The notes under the pieces: generated by a model | Database searches by the model: none | What the model was told of the DNA's origin: nothing | What the model saw: only the letters and a program-made list of their open reading frames with translations | Program-made: the position numbers and the translations under genes | Virus record (IMG/VR): IMGVR_UViG_3300021961_000122 | Span: 1-56,042 of that record | Source: a virus | Lineage: Duplodnaviria; Caudoviricetes | DNA: 56,042 nucleotides | Strand: one strand, 5' to 3' | Part shown: positions 10,601 to 18,361 of the stretch, piece by piece | How positions within the stretch are numbered: the stretch's first letter is position 1 | Layout of the letters: the number at the start of each line of letters is the position of its first letter

Positions 10601-10963
10601 AGCTGTTAGCTCAGTTAAGTCAATGTCCGCACGTTGAACATAAACACGGTTACTAGCACCCAACGCTGAATAAGCAGCCAATAATCCATATTCGTTTAAT
10701 TCGTAACCGTTGATAGGAGTACCAGCGGTTGTTTTATAGAAGAATGGGTTGCCAAATGTAGCGGCTAAATCACGCTGACTTGTAATTAAATATACTCTGT
10801 TGGCGTTGGCAGCAAGTGTTCCGGGTGCTACGCCTACTCCGGCTGCACTGGCCTTGTTCTGAGCTGTTGCCAATAGAATGTATGGTACTGAGTTGGTAGC
10901 AGCAGGGATGTATTGACTTTCGTCAATGATCGTTACTTCTACGCCTGGAGATGTTAATGCCAT
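7679..10963 (-). CDS. gp18: Tail sheath protein (enlarged, 1094 aa)
   Basis: N-terminal LTSPGVEVTIIDES; C-terminal WFAPAG..RG, INPI, DRINVARL, FEPND..TR, NNTP.RIDRNE, P.KAVEFI. Confidence 0.95.
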   Translation of the reverse strand: MALTSPGVEVTIIDESQYIPAATNSVPYILLATAQNKASAAGVGVAPGTLAANANRVYLITSQRDLAATFGNPFFYKTTAGTPINGYELNEYGLLAAYSALGASNRVYVQRADIDLTELTASLSRPTGSPNNNTYWLDTTNSQWGIFEWNQTTAAFTVKTPIVITDTAQLEISTTVPLQTVGSIGDYAITATSTFNPGYYKRGGPTSTQTSSTTLSDLYNTWVLVGSDDWKTAWPTVAGTLAPTSLTEADTFTVNGSVITVPASPNNTVTGVATAINDAAITGVYAATIGGRLYIYADSSAGTTAGGSVTLATGTGTPLTTLGMTAGESYAPAFLAAPSYQAPRWGSTQAQPHPTGSVWQKISAVNQGAALSVKKYNATLGLFVQQACPLYLTEPDAIYALDPSGGGANIPAGSTFGRVDPLFNTTSGITIFERFITGATEITGDTDTPGPFVIGNTFDIIATQPGTANLTTVTAELLGTDVADFIAAVSAANIPYVSATTNSAGAIVMTHATGGNIVLINGTGTPVTAAGFNTSVRGVSTFYANGAPSGLILSNWVTAPTFTYTASDDAPDQDPTDGTLWYYSATDQVDIMIQDNGTWQGYQNVTNDVRGYDLSLTNATGPIISATAPTTQTDESESPLVYGDLWIDTSDLENYPVISRWESVNGTDQWVPLDNTDQTTSNGVLFADARWAPNGTTDPITGDFPTITSLLTSDYLDLDAPESTLYPQGMLLFNTRRSGFNVKSFQVNYFNAESFPDDTLPAEKNAWVTASGLKANGAPYMGRQAQRAIIVAALKSSIDTSTDIREEQRQFNLLACPGYPELAPNMIGLNNERSNTGFVIGDTPLRLDPQDILTWASNNNGLGLPTEDGLIAADEYMGVFYPSCQTTDLTGSAVVTAPSHMMIRTIIRSDEVSFPWFAPAGTRRGVVDNALQLGYINSTTGEFESLGVRQGLRDVLYENSINPITFIPGVGITNFGNKTSTTLTTAMDRINVARLVAFIRGRLDIIGKQYLFEPNDQITRNQIKNAIDGLMIDLVAKRALYDYLVVCDLTNNTPARIDRNELYVDIAIEPVKAVEFIYIPVRIKNTGEIAGGAV

Positions 10964-10989
10964 GGTATGGTCCTTTTCCTAGTTGCTAA

Positions 10990-10995
10990 TATTTA
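10990..10995 (-). promoter_or_regulatory. Late promoter (TAAATA) for the sheath gene
   Basis: gcTAAATAtt upstream of the AGGA SD of gp18. Confidence 0.6.
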
Positions 10996-11048
10996 GCACC
11001 TAATAACAAAAACCAGTATTATGTTGCCCTTTGGCAAAGGTTTTTTGG

Positions 11049-11054
11049 TAAATA
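11049..11054 (+). promoter_or_regulatory. Late promoter (TAAATA) 4 nt before the ATG at 11059
   Basis: ggTAAATAaaccATG. Confidence 0.55.
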
Positions 11055-11058
11055 AACC

Positions 11059-11406
11059 ATGAAAAGACCTATTTGCACCGCTTGTAGTCAACGACCGTGT
11101 GCTGTTAACTACTATCGTGACGGTATAGCACACTATAGAACACGCTGTGACGCTTGTATAAAGAAAAAACGTCGTATTAAACCAGCAGTGGCTCGTTGGC
11201 AAGCGGCAGGCTATAAGAAAAAAACCACATGCGATCGATGTGGTTTTAAATCCAAGTACTCGGCTCAGACGCTAGTGTATCATGTTGATGGCAACTTACA
11301 CAACACCAACATAAACAATTTAAGAACTGTATGTTTAAATTGTACCGTAGAAATCAATCGGCTGGATTCGCTATGGACTCCTGGTGACTTACTACCAGAC
11401 TTGTAG
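11059..11406 (+). CDS. Zn-finger HNH endonuclease-like protein
   Basis: CxxC pairs (CTAC, CDAC, CDRC) and VYHVDGN..N....NL..VCLNC. Opposite orientation to its neighbours. Confidence 0.7.
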   Translation: MKRPICTACSQRPCAVNYYRDGIAHYRTRCDACIKKKRRIKPAVARWQAAGYKKKTTCDRCGFKSKYSAQTLVYHVDGNLHNTNINNLRTVCLNCTVEINRLDSLWTPGDLLPDL

Positions 11407-12016
11407 CTTGATTACACAACTCATCTATTGTGCCGTTGTTGTCAAGTATAGCATCAAACTTAGTGCCAATCCACGCTGTTTCGCTGGCATGAATTTTTAA
11501 TTTTTTAAGGCGCTCTGTGCCCACCGACCATCCAATTGTTTTTGGACCAGCGTTGGCATTTATTGCATACTGATACCAGTCAGGTTCGGGTCCCCGCACC
11601 ACACGCACTACCATGCCTCCAGCATTTTTAATGGCTGCGATTTCGTTGGGAAAGCGGCAGTCAGTGATCACTATGTTGTCTTGGCTATTGCGAAGTTTAT
11701 TTTCCAGAGAGGCAACCCAAATGTCATCGTGAAAGCCTTCTCTACACACTTCTGTGCCCCACAGTTGTAGCATCAATCGTGGTGTTAAATTAGGCATGTT
11801 AAGGCGTTTAGCCCACCATGTATCCACTTTTTCTCGCCAGGCTCGTGATTGCTTGGTACGACCTTCGAGCAACGTTCGATCCCATCCAAAAATCTGTGCT
11901 ACTGCGTCTTTAAGACTGCCGGCAAAACTTTCCCGTCTAAATTCATGAACATTTACTAAAAAATCAGCAACAGTATCCTTGCCTGTGCCAATAAAGCCTA
12001 CTAATCCAATAATCAT
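11354..12016 (-). CDS. gp1: Deoxynucleoside monophosphate kinase (T4 gp1-like)
   Basis: IIGLVG..G.GKDT P-loop, SFA..LKD, TPR..LQ..GTE..R, ITDCRF.NE, H.SE. Confidence 0.9.
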   Translation of the reverse strand: MIIGLVGFIGTGKDTVADFLVNVHEFRRESFAGSLKDAVAQIFGWDRTLLEGRTKQSRAWREKVDTWWAKRLNMPNLTPRLMLQLWGTEVCREGFHDDIWVASLENKLRNSQDNIVITDCRFPNEIAAIKNAGGMVVRVVRGPEPDWYQYAINANAGPKTIGWSVGTERLKKLKIHASETAWIGTKFDAILDNNGTIDELCNQATSLVVSHQESIANPAD

Positions 12017-12023
12017 ATTATCC

Positions 12024-13085
12024 TCATTTGTCTACAGTGGGTGCCAGTTGTTCTGGGAGAGCTTGAATATTAAATTGATCAATTAGTTTTTTTAATACAT
12101 TTTCAGATTCTTGTGCTTGTTCTACAGCACGACGGAAGTTGTGTTCAATCTTCTGCTTAATCTGTTCAGTATTGGGCATTTCCTGCAGCCAAAATCTAGT
12201 GTTATTTACAATGCTATCAAGGCGTTGTTCACCATTTAGAATCATATCGTATGGTTCTAATAAATGCTCGTCGAATGTTTCATATCCTTCGCTACGTAGG
12301 AAAGCTAAACTTCCGGGCTGGCTAGCCATAATCCAAGGAATTCTGTTGAGCAAACTGATGTAGGTTTTTTCGCCTATCATATAATTAAAAGGAGCATGAG
12401 GTAGTGTGTTACCATACACTGATTCGGATATTACACGAAAACGATTGTTAGAAAACAATGTTACATCGTATGGAATGCCACCGTAATGAAATGACCCTCC
12501 TCTTTTAATCATGTTAATATTATCAGGATTGCGTTCCCAACTATCTAACTTGGATACTAGTTCAGCGTCGGGCACTTCGGGAATCAGTTCTCTAATAGCA
12601 TCTAGATTGTTCTTGTTATACCAAAAACTCCAGCAGCATTGATCTAACAATCTTGCTTGTTCTAATTTCCATAGCAATCGTACACGATGTTCCCGATCGG
12701 GTTTGCCAGTTAAAAACAAAAACTGCGACGAGTTAGCATTCCACGCAGGGTTAACAGTACTGCTCTTTTTGTTTATAATTTCGTTGTAGCTTCGCCATAA
12801 CTGAAAATTTATAAATTCAACACAGTCAGCACGAATGCCCGACAAGTCTTGTATTTTATAAAACGTATTAAGAACTAGTACAGTAGTAACACCACGCAAC
12901 CGCAAAGCATCAAATATGTAATTAAAACCGTCTTTTTTATCGGGAATAGTAAAATAGTCAGTAGCCATTAAACAGAACAACACCGATGCTTGGCGTCGCT
13001 CAATTTTTTTTATGGCATCTTGTAAGTATTCTTCAATAGCATTAGGAAATGCTCCTTCTAATGATATGAACACAGCCCGATTCAT
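12024..13085 (-). CDS. GT-B/GT10-like glycosyltransferase-family phage protein
   Basis: VISES...GEKTY.....IPW.....PGSL..LR..GYETF......YD pattern, shared with 13140..14105 and 36977..38131. Confidence 0.5.
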   Translation of the reverse strand: MNRAVFISLEGAFPNAIEEYLQDAIKKIERRQASVLFCLMATDYFTIPDKKDGFNYIFDALRLRGVTTVLVLNTFYKIQDLSGIRADCVEFINFQLWRSYNEIINKKSSTVNPAWNANSSQFLFLTGKPDREHRVRLLWKLEQARLLDQCCWSFWYNKNNLDAIRELIPEVPDAELVSKLDSWERNPDNINMIKRGGSFHYGGIPYDVTLFSNNRFRVISESVYGNTLPHAPFNYMIGEKTYISLLNRIPWIMASQPGSLAFLRSEGYETFDEHLLEPYDMILNGEQRLDSIVNNTRFWLQEMPNTEQIKQKIEHNFRRAVEQAQESENVLKKLIDQFNIQALPEQLAPTVDK

Positions 13086-13128
13086 ATCAGTTCCTTTACA
13101 TTCAAGTGTCTTGGCATCAATTGTAGCA
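13082..13128. repeat. Direct repeat copy A (duplicate of the exonuclease 3' end)
   Basis: 43/47 nt identical to 14160-14206 by manual alignment. Confidence 0.9.
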
Positions 13129-13139
13129 TGTGATTTACA

Positions 13140-14105
13140 TTACGCATTATACTGTTTTTTCATTAAAGATTTAAAATTTGATTTGTTGTGTTGACCAATT
13201 GTATACATTTCGTTAATCAATGCTTGTTTATTGGGACTGGTGTATAGTGCTTGAAGAGAGTTGATAATTGATCTTGTACGCAATGCTGGTGTTGATTCGT
13301 TGTCGTAGCTTTCGTCGATTATGCTGTTAAATGTCTTAAAGCCCATGTCGCGAATGCGTTGTAGGCTATGTTGTCCTGCTGCCAATAAAAACGGTTTGCC
13401 GGTGAACAAACATTTTCCCAGTTTTTCAGTAAACCACCAACTATTATATGCGTGTGTTTCAGGAACAACTTCTATATAAAAATTTGGAGCAATGGCACCA
13501 TAATGTTTTATTGAATTTTCCCAGCCGTTCATCCCAGTTACATTATTAGATTTTAAAGTCAAGTCAATATTAAATGTGTGAGTTTTTAACCAATTTATTT
13601 CAGACTCGTATAAATTATCAGTATTTTTATAAAAATTGATCACTTGGTTTATATCAAAATGATGTATCAAATATGTATCGTTTGTAAAGGCTTTTTCTAA
13701 TTCATAAAGCATTCGTAATCTTGCTGTAGAAAATCTACCAATTGTACATCCTACAAACGCAGCATTGTTTTCCGGTAAAAATGTAGCACTTGTATCATAG
13801 TGGTTTGTATTCCAAAACATGCTGAGTTGACGCTTTGATGTATTAAATCGAGAGTCAATTATGTTGGATTGAGTTTCAAAATAAATTTTGTCATAAGGAA
13901 TATTGTATGCATCACATAAATGTATAAAGAAATCTACTACACCCAACAATGTTAAATTTTCACCATCGGTTGCTTTTATTATAACACGCTGATTTGTGTA
14001 GTAGTTACTAAAAATATCCTGTAGCAATTCTCGATCATCTAAGGAAAATTGACTGCCATAGACTCGACCATTGATGCGTATTGTATCATTAATAATTTGT
14101 ATCAT
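13140..14105 (-). CDS. GT-B/GT10-like glycosyltransferase-family phage protein (AT-rich)
   Basis: IEVVPET....FTEKLGK....KPF......SL..IR.MGFKTF...IDESYD. Confidence 0.55.
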   Translation of the reverse strand: MIQIINDTIRINGRVYGSQFSLDDRELLQDIFSNYYTNQRVIIKATDGENLTLLGVVDFFIHLCDAYNIPYDKIYFETQSNIIDSRFNTSKRQLSMFWNTNHYDTSATFLPENNAAFVGCTIGRFSTARLRMLYELEKAFTNDTYLIHHFDINQVINFYKNTDNLYESEINWLKTHTFNIDLTLKSNNVTGMNGWENSIKHYGAIAPNFYIEVVPETHAYNSWWFTEKLGKCLFTGKPFLLAAGQHSLQRIRDMGFKTFNSIIDESYDNESTPALRTRSIINSLQALYTSPNKQALINEMYTIGQHNKSNFKSLMKKQYNA

Positions 14106-14159
14106 AATGTATAGTATTGCTCTACACTCGCTTACTAACGATCACGCTAGTGCCAATAA

Positions 14160-14206
14160 TCATACCAGTTCCTTTACATTCAAGTGTCTTAGTGTCAATT
14201 GTAGCA
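14160..14206. repeat. Direct repeat copy B (3' end of the exonuclease gene)
   Basis: tcataccagttcctttacattcaagtgtcttagtgtcaattgtagca; matches 13082-13128. Confidence 0.9.
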
Positions 14207-14684
14207 AATCAATTTGCCTACGGCAGTCTTCGAGTGCGTGATGGCTTGTGGGAGGTTTGGGCATTTCGGGCCACAGCCCAAACACCGTGCGGCTGTCGCG
14301 AACAGCATAAAACTGCCAAGGTAGTGCTTTGCCGTAACTCTTATATGCATGCTCAAGAATGTTCATGTCATACGTGGGACCTTGCGCCCAGATACGTTTG
14401 CTTTGCCATATTAGCTTGCCCAACTCATCCAGTGCTTGATCAAGTGGGATACGACCTTCTTCACCAAATGCTTCGTCTTTAGCAGCCAGCGGTTGAGTTG
14501 CCCACCAATCAATAGTGCCTTGCTCAACATTGCGGTCTGTTTGACTTTCTAGTTCAATGCGAGCATAGTAAAAGCGGTCGTAATAGCCGTGGCCCAGGGG
14601 GTCAAAACTTTGTGCTGCTATGGTTAGAATAGTAGTGTCAGGACCAGTACCTAGTCCCTCAAGATCAATCATCAAATCGGCCAT
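14160..14684 (-). CDS. DEDDh 3'-5' exonuclease (DexA / RNase AS-like)
   Basis: MIDLE, T..WW, WAQGP.YD..IL, RDSRT, HHAL.D motifs. Confidence 0.8.
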   Translation of the reverse strand: MADLMIDLEGLGTGPDTTILTIAAQSFDPLGHGYYDRFYYARIELESQTDRNVEQGTIDWWATQPLAAKDEAFGEEGRIPLDQALDELGKLIWQSKRIWAQGPTYDMNILEHAYKSYGKALPWQFYAVRDSRTVFGLWPEMPKPPTSHHALEDCRRQIDLLQLTLRHLNVKELV

Positions 14685-14690
14685 ACACGT

Positions 14691-14719
14691 AGTATAGCAG
14701 AAATACTGATATTTGCCTA
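14691..14719 (-). promoter_or_regulatory. Sigma70-type promoter for the exonuclease gene, probably leaderless
   Basis: TAGGCA-17 nt-TATACT with TG extension, 6 nt before the ATG at 14684. Confidence 0.5.
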
Positions 14720-15004
14720 GCGATATTTGTTCAAACGGCGAATCAAACGGCTGGCTGTATTGATTTTTTTGGATCGAGCAGCACGTCGGGCAGCCGGTTT
14801 GCCGGTTCGAGCACGAGTTCTTTTCATACGCTCTCTGGCGGCAATATCTGGGGGATCACTACAGTCCGCAGGAGTAGGCACTACCCGACCGCGGCGAGTG
14901 CCGCTGGTACAACGCCATTTTAGGACAGGAACACCACCACGAGTAGAGGTTTTTTTGCGTGTCCAAACCATTTTGTGTTCGGTAACAAACTCACTAGCTC
15001 GCAT
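14717..15004 (-). CDS. Small Arg-rich putative internal protein (starts MRASEFVTE)
   Basis: ATG at 15004 overlaps the gp13 stop (TAATG). Very basic sequence. Confidence 0.6.
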   Translation of the reverse strand: MRASEFVTEHKMVWTRKKTSTRGGVPVLKWRCTSGTRRGRVVPTPADCSDPPDIAARERMKRTRARTGKPAARRAARSKKINTASRLIRRLNKYR

Positions 15005-15774
15005 TAGCCAATTACCCACGACAGTGGTTGCGATCCATCAACATAGTTTTTAAGATCGTTAACCAGTGATTCCATTTGTGCTTGCCCTTCGGCTTTCATT
15101 GCGGCACCATTTAGTGTGGAGCCACCTTGCGGGCCAGCAATTGACGCAAATTTTTCCCGTGCTTCACCAATGATCATTTTACAGTTAGCAACCATAAAGT
15201 CGCGAATCCATTGGGAAATTTGAAAGTCTTTTAGCAGGTTAAATTCAGGTTTTAGGTTATAAGACCAAAGCAAAACATTTTCACCTGAGCCATTAGGATC
15301 ACGAATTAGTTGTAGTTTTTTGGTTACTGGATTCCAAGTAAAGTTTATATAACCACCAAACATTCGCGCGGCTAACTCTACATATTGGCTATAGAAATCG
15401 TAAGTAGCAAGGCCGCCCGATACGTTAAAGTTCATTAGATACACGCTCATTTGTGCTTGAGCAAATGGGTCAAAGTTTGTCGCAAACGGGCCTTGTGAGT
15501 TGCCAAATGTTCGACGGAATATTTGTTTAACTTGTACAATTTCTTGGGGCAAATCGTAGACGGAAACGCCATCAACCAGCTCTAGAAAACTATAGCTTTC
15601 TTCATAAGCATTTTGCGCACGTTGGCGATAAACACCAATAGTCCGTTGGTAAGCTGCTTCGTAGTGTTCAGCATCCAGCTCAAGATCAATGATTTGTGCG
15701 CCCAGTTGTAGGCGTACATACTCAATGAGATTTTGCTTTAGTGTATTGAGACTGGTTTCAACTTCAATGGCCAT
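15004..15774 (-). CDS. gp13: Neck/head-tail adaptor protein
   Basis: L..YVRLQLG...IDLEL...H.....; W.RD...A..K..IG..R.KF....GP.GG..LNG. Confidence 0.8.
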   Translation of the reverse strand: MAIEVETSLNTLKQNLIEYVRLQLGAQIIDLELDAEHYEAAYQRTIGVYRQRAQNAYEESYSFLELVDGVSVYDLPQEIVQVKQIFRRTFGNSQGPFATNFDPFAQAQMSVYLMNFNVSGGLATYDFYSQYVELAARMFGGYINFTWNPVTKKLQLIRDPNGSGENVLLWSYNLKPEFNLLKDFQISQWIRDFMVANCKMIIGEAREKFASIAGPQGGSTLNGAAMKAEGQAQMESLVNDLKNYVDGSQPLSWVIG

Positions 15775-15794
15775 GTAGGAACTCCGTTCCTAGT

Positions 15795-15800
15795 TATTTA
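15795..15800 (-). promoter_or_regulatory. Late promoter (TAAATA) for gp13
   Basis: ggTAAATAac overlapping the upstream stop, followed by the GGAG SD. Confidence 0.55.
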
Positions 15801-16940
15801 CCAAGATTTGACGATGATCAAGTTCTCTGTGCCACGTCCGTTAAATGCTGTTTCAGTGGTAGTTAAATCTTTGAAGATTTTTCTTGCGGCTGGCTTGCCT
15901 GCGGCGGCCATTGCTTTTACAATTTCAGACGGCTTCCGTACAGTCTTTTGTTGGCTTTCGGTAGTGGAAAATCCAATGATGCTGTTATTTTTTACAGTAA
16001 ATGTTCCCACATGCGAGTCTGCTACTACATGTATGAGCTTTCGCTTTTTAGTGTCATACAACCATGCTTCGCCTTTGTCCACCAAGCTGGATGGGGGTAA
16101 ACTTTTAAGTTTAAGATCAGCAAACTCAACTTGATGCTTGAACTTGGCCGCACGTTTTTCGGGCGTAATGGCCTTGACCTTGCGTGGCTTGCGTTCAACC
16201 TTTTTAATCTGAACATAAGCATTACAGTCATTGATCACTGTTTCGCAAAACTTGATCATGTTTCGAAGTTGGCTTTTGGTAAGATGACGATACGCTTCGT
16301 TTAGATCTTTGTCTTTGCCGTCAACAGCCGCTTCAAGCTCGGGCAGTTTTCGTTGCCAAATACTCGAAATGTCCTTGATCATTTGTGGCACAATGTTCAT
16401 ACCGCGAATTGTAGCGATGGGTTTGTAGTTAGGGCTCATTTTAGCGCCTTGCTCCATAAACTCATCAAACATGCCTTCCAGTTCGCCGGCACACTCGCCC
16501 ACTTTTTCACGCAGGCGATCTTGGATAGTGACTTTTACAGCCGCAACAGCATCGTGGTCAACTGCTACCACTTCCTGCTGTTTTGATCCAAGGATTTCGG
16601 CCAGCATGTTATCAAACTTGATAATTTCGCTTTCGGTAAGTTCCAAGCCTACCATGGTCATACGGCACAACCAAGCAGTGGTCAAGCGAATATTGCTATC
16701 GCTTACACCGCGCAGGCGGCGCACATCGTTTTTGCGTCCGTGGTGTTCCAAGTAAGCCAGGATCATGTCGCGAGCATCTTTTTTACCGTAGAAGTAGTTG
16801 TACCAATTAAATGCTGCCGACAATCGGCCTGCTCGTTGTTCATGTTCAGGTTGAACATGCCATTCAGGCTCGTGGCCCATAAATTTGGTGTCGTTGCTAC
16901 GGGGGTTAAGTGGCTTGATACGAGCCAGTGCTGCCTTCAT
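15798..16940 (-). CDS. Hypothetical protein, early/middle-type expression
   Basis: 380-aa ORF with an AGGAG SD and a consensus sigma70 promoter. No recognised motif. Confidence 0.7.
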   Translation of the reverse strand: MKAALARIKPLNPRSNDTKFMGHEPEWHVQPEHEQRAGRLSAAFNWYNYFYGKKDARDMILAYLEHHGRKNDVRRLRGVSDSNIRLTTAWLCRMTMVGLELTESEIIKFDNMLAEILGSKQQEVVAVDHDAVAAVKVTIQDRLREKVGECAGELEGMFDEFMEQGAKMSPNYKPIATIRGMNIVPQMIKDISSIWQRKLPELEAAVDGKDKDLNEAYRHLTKSQLRNMIKFCETVINDCNAYVQIKKVERKPRKVKAITPEKRAAKFKHQVEFADLKLKSLPPSSLVDKGEAWLYDTKKRKLIHVVADSHVGTFTVKNNSIIGFSTTESQQKTVRKPSEIVKAMAAAGKPAARKIFKDLTTTETAFNGRGTENLIIVKSW

Positions 16941-16970
16941 GTAATTCTCCTATTTGCTAATTACTGTGTA

Positions 16971-16999
16971 ATTATAGCATAATTGGATTTATTGGTCAA
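16971..16999 (-). promoter_or_regulatory. Near-consensus sigma70 promoter
   Basis: TTGACC-17 nt-TATAAT with extended -10 TGn. Confidence 0.8.
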
Positions 17000-17016
17000 G
17001 TACCAAAAAATGCTGC

Positions 17017-17022
17017 TAAATA
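17017..17022 (+). promoter_or_regulatory. Late promoter (TAAATA) 7 nt before the gp14 ATG
   Basis: gcTAAATAacatactATG, with no SD. Confidence 0.6.
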
Positions 17023-17029
17023 ACATACT

Positions 17030-18355
17030 ATGCCCCGTTTAAGTCTATATAGGCCCAATAAAACTGCTGATTATAAGTTTTTAGATAGAACTATATCTGA
17101 AATGTATACAGTTGGCGGATTGGATATTTTCATACACAAATATCTCGGCCCCTCTACAGGTGATCCTGGAGATGCAGATGCTACATTACCAGTATATGAT
17201 ACTGAAAATCCCCTGTTTATTGAAGACCTATTATTATTAGAAAATAGAGATCGTAAATATGATCCGAATGTATATGTTCAACGCGGAGTATATCGAGTAT
17301 CGGATATTGATTTTGATTTAACTCAATTTGGGTTATTTTTAAATAATGATACATTGTTTATTACATTTCATTATAATGATATGATCGATACTATCGGGCG
17401 TAAACTCATGTCCGGTGATGTAATTGAAGTTCCTAATTTAAAAGATTATCATCCATTAGATACCAGTATTGTTAAAGCATTACCCAAGTGGTATGTGATA
17501 CAAGATGCGGCCTTTGCGTCTGAAGGATTTAGTCAAACTTGGCTACCGCACTTGTGGCGGGTCAAGGCCACTCCAATGGTCAATGCTCAAGAATACAACA
17601 GCATTACCAAAGAACCATTTGAGCCCAACAACATTTGGGATCCGGGCAATTTATATCCCGCAGGCACCGTAGTCAACAATGGCGACAAGTTTTATGTGGC
17701 TACCACAGAAGTTCCTCCGGGAACACCTATAACTGATACCAACTATTGGACAGAAAAAACGCCCGATACTATTGGGGGCAAAACTTCTACACGCACCAAA
17801 GATTTAGAAATCAATGATGCTATCCTAACACAAGCGGCTGTTGAAGTGCCGCTAACAGGGTATGATACTGTCAAGTTTTATATTCTGCCCACTGCCGAAG
17901 ATGGACAGCCCTTAGCGGCTGGCCTAACTGCTGACCAAACACCACCAACTGTGGATGGCACCCAAGGTGGTCAAGGAACTACACCGCGGTCCGATGGCTA
18001 TACTGTTGGCTACCTAACTGGGGATGGTGTTGCACCAAACGGCTTACCTATAACAGCAGGTGTTGGATTCCCACAAAACCCCGCGCCTGGCGATTATGCG
18101 CTACGGTTAGACTACTTTCCCAACCGACTGTTCCGTTTCAACGGTGCATCGTGGATCAAAATTGAAGATAGTGTTCGTACCAAACCAGTATTTGAACCTG
18201 CTACTGGCTACGATGAAACTACATATAAGAATTCTTCTCTGCGTGCCAGCTTTGTCAACAACAGAGAAACAGTACAGACTAGCGACCGTGGGCCTATTCC
18301 CAGTCGTCAAAGTCTCAGCGATATACTCAAACCCGACGTGGATAACGGCGGCTAA
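17030..18355 (+). CDS. gp14: Neck/head closure protein with C-terminal extension
   Basis: E....GG....I.KY, FDLTQFGLF...DTL.ITF, GD.I..P motifs; lies before gp15. Confidence 0.7.
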   Translation: MPRLSLYRPNKTADYKFLDRTISEMYTVGGLDIFIHKYLGPSTGDPGDADATLPVYDTENPLFIEDLLLLENRDRKYDPNVYVQRGVYRVSDIDFDLTQFGLFLNNDTLFITFHYNDMIDTIGRKLMSGDVIEVPNLKDYHPLDTSIVKALPKWYVIQDAAFASEGFSQTWLPHLWRVKATPMVNAQEYNSITKEPFEPNNIWDPGNLYPAGTVVNNGDKFYVATTEVPPGTPITDTNYWTEKTPDTIGGKTSTRTKDLEINDAILTQAAVEVPLTGYDTVKFYILPTAEDGQPLAAGLTADQTPPTVDGTQGGQGTTPRSDGYTVGYLTGDGVAPNGLPITAGVGFPQNPAPGDYALRLDYFPNRLFRFNGASWIKIEDSVRTKPVFEPATGYDETTYKNSSLRASFVNNRETVQTSDRGPIPSRQSLSDILKPDVDNGG

Positions 18356-18361
18356 ACAAAC

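Noticed and set aside
14117-14482. + strand ORFs 14117..14482 and 13012..13194 sharing VPLHSSVL.SIVA
   Set aside because: The similarity is just the antisense reading of the 47-nt DNA duplication, not a protein family.
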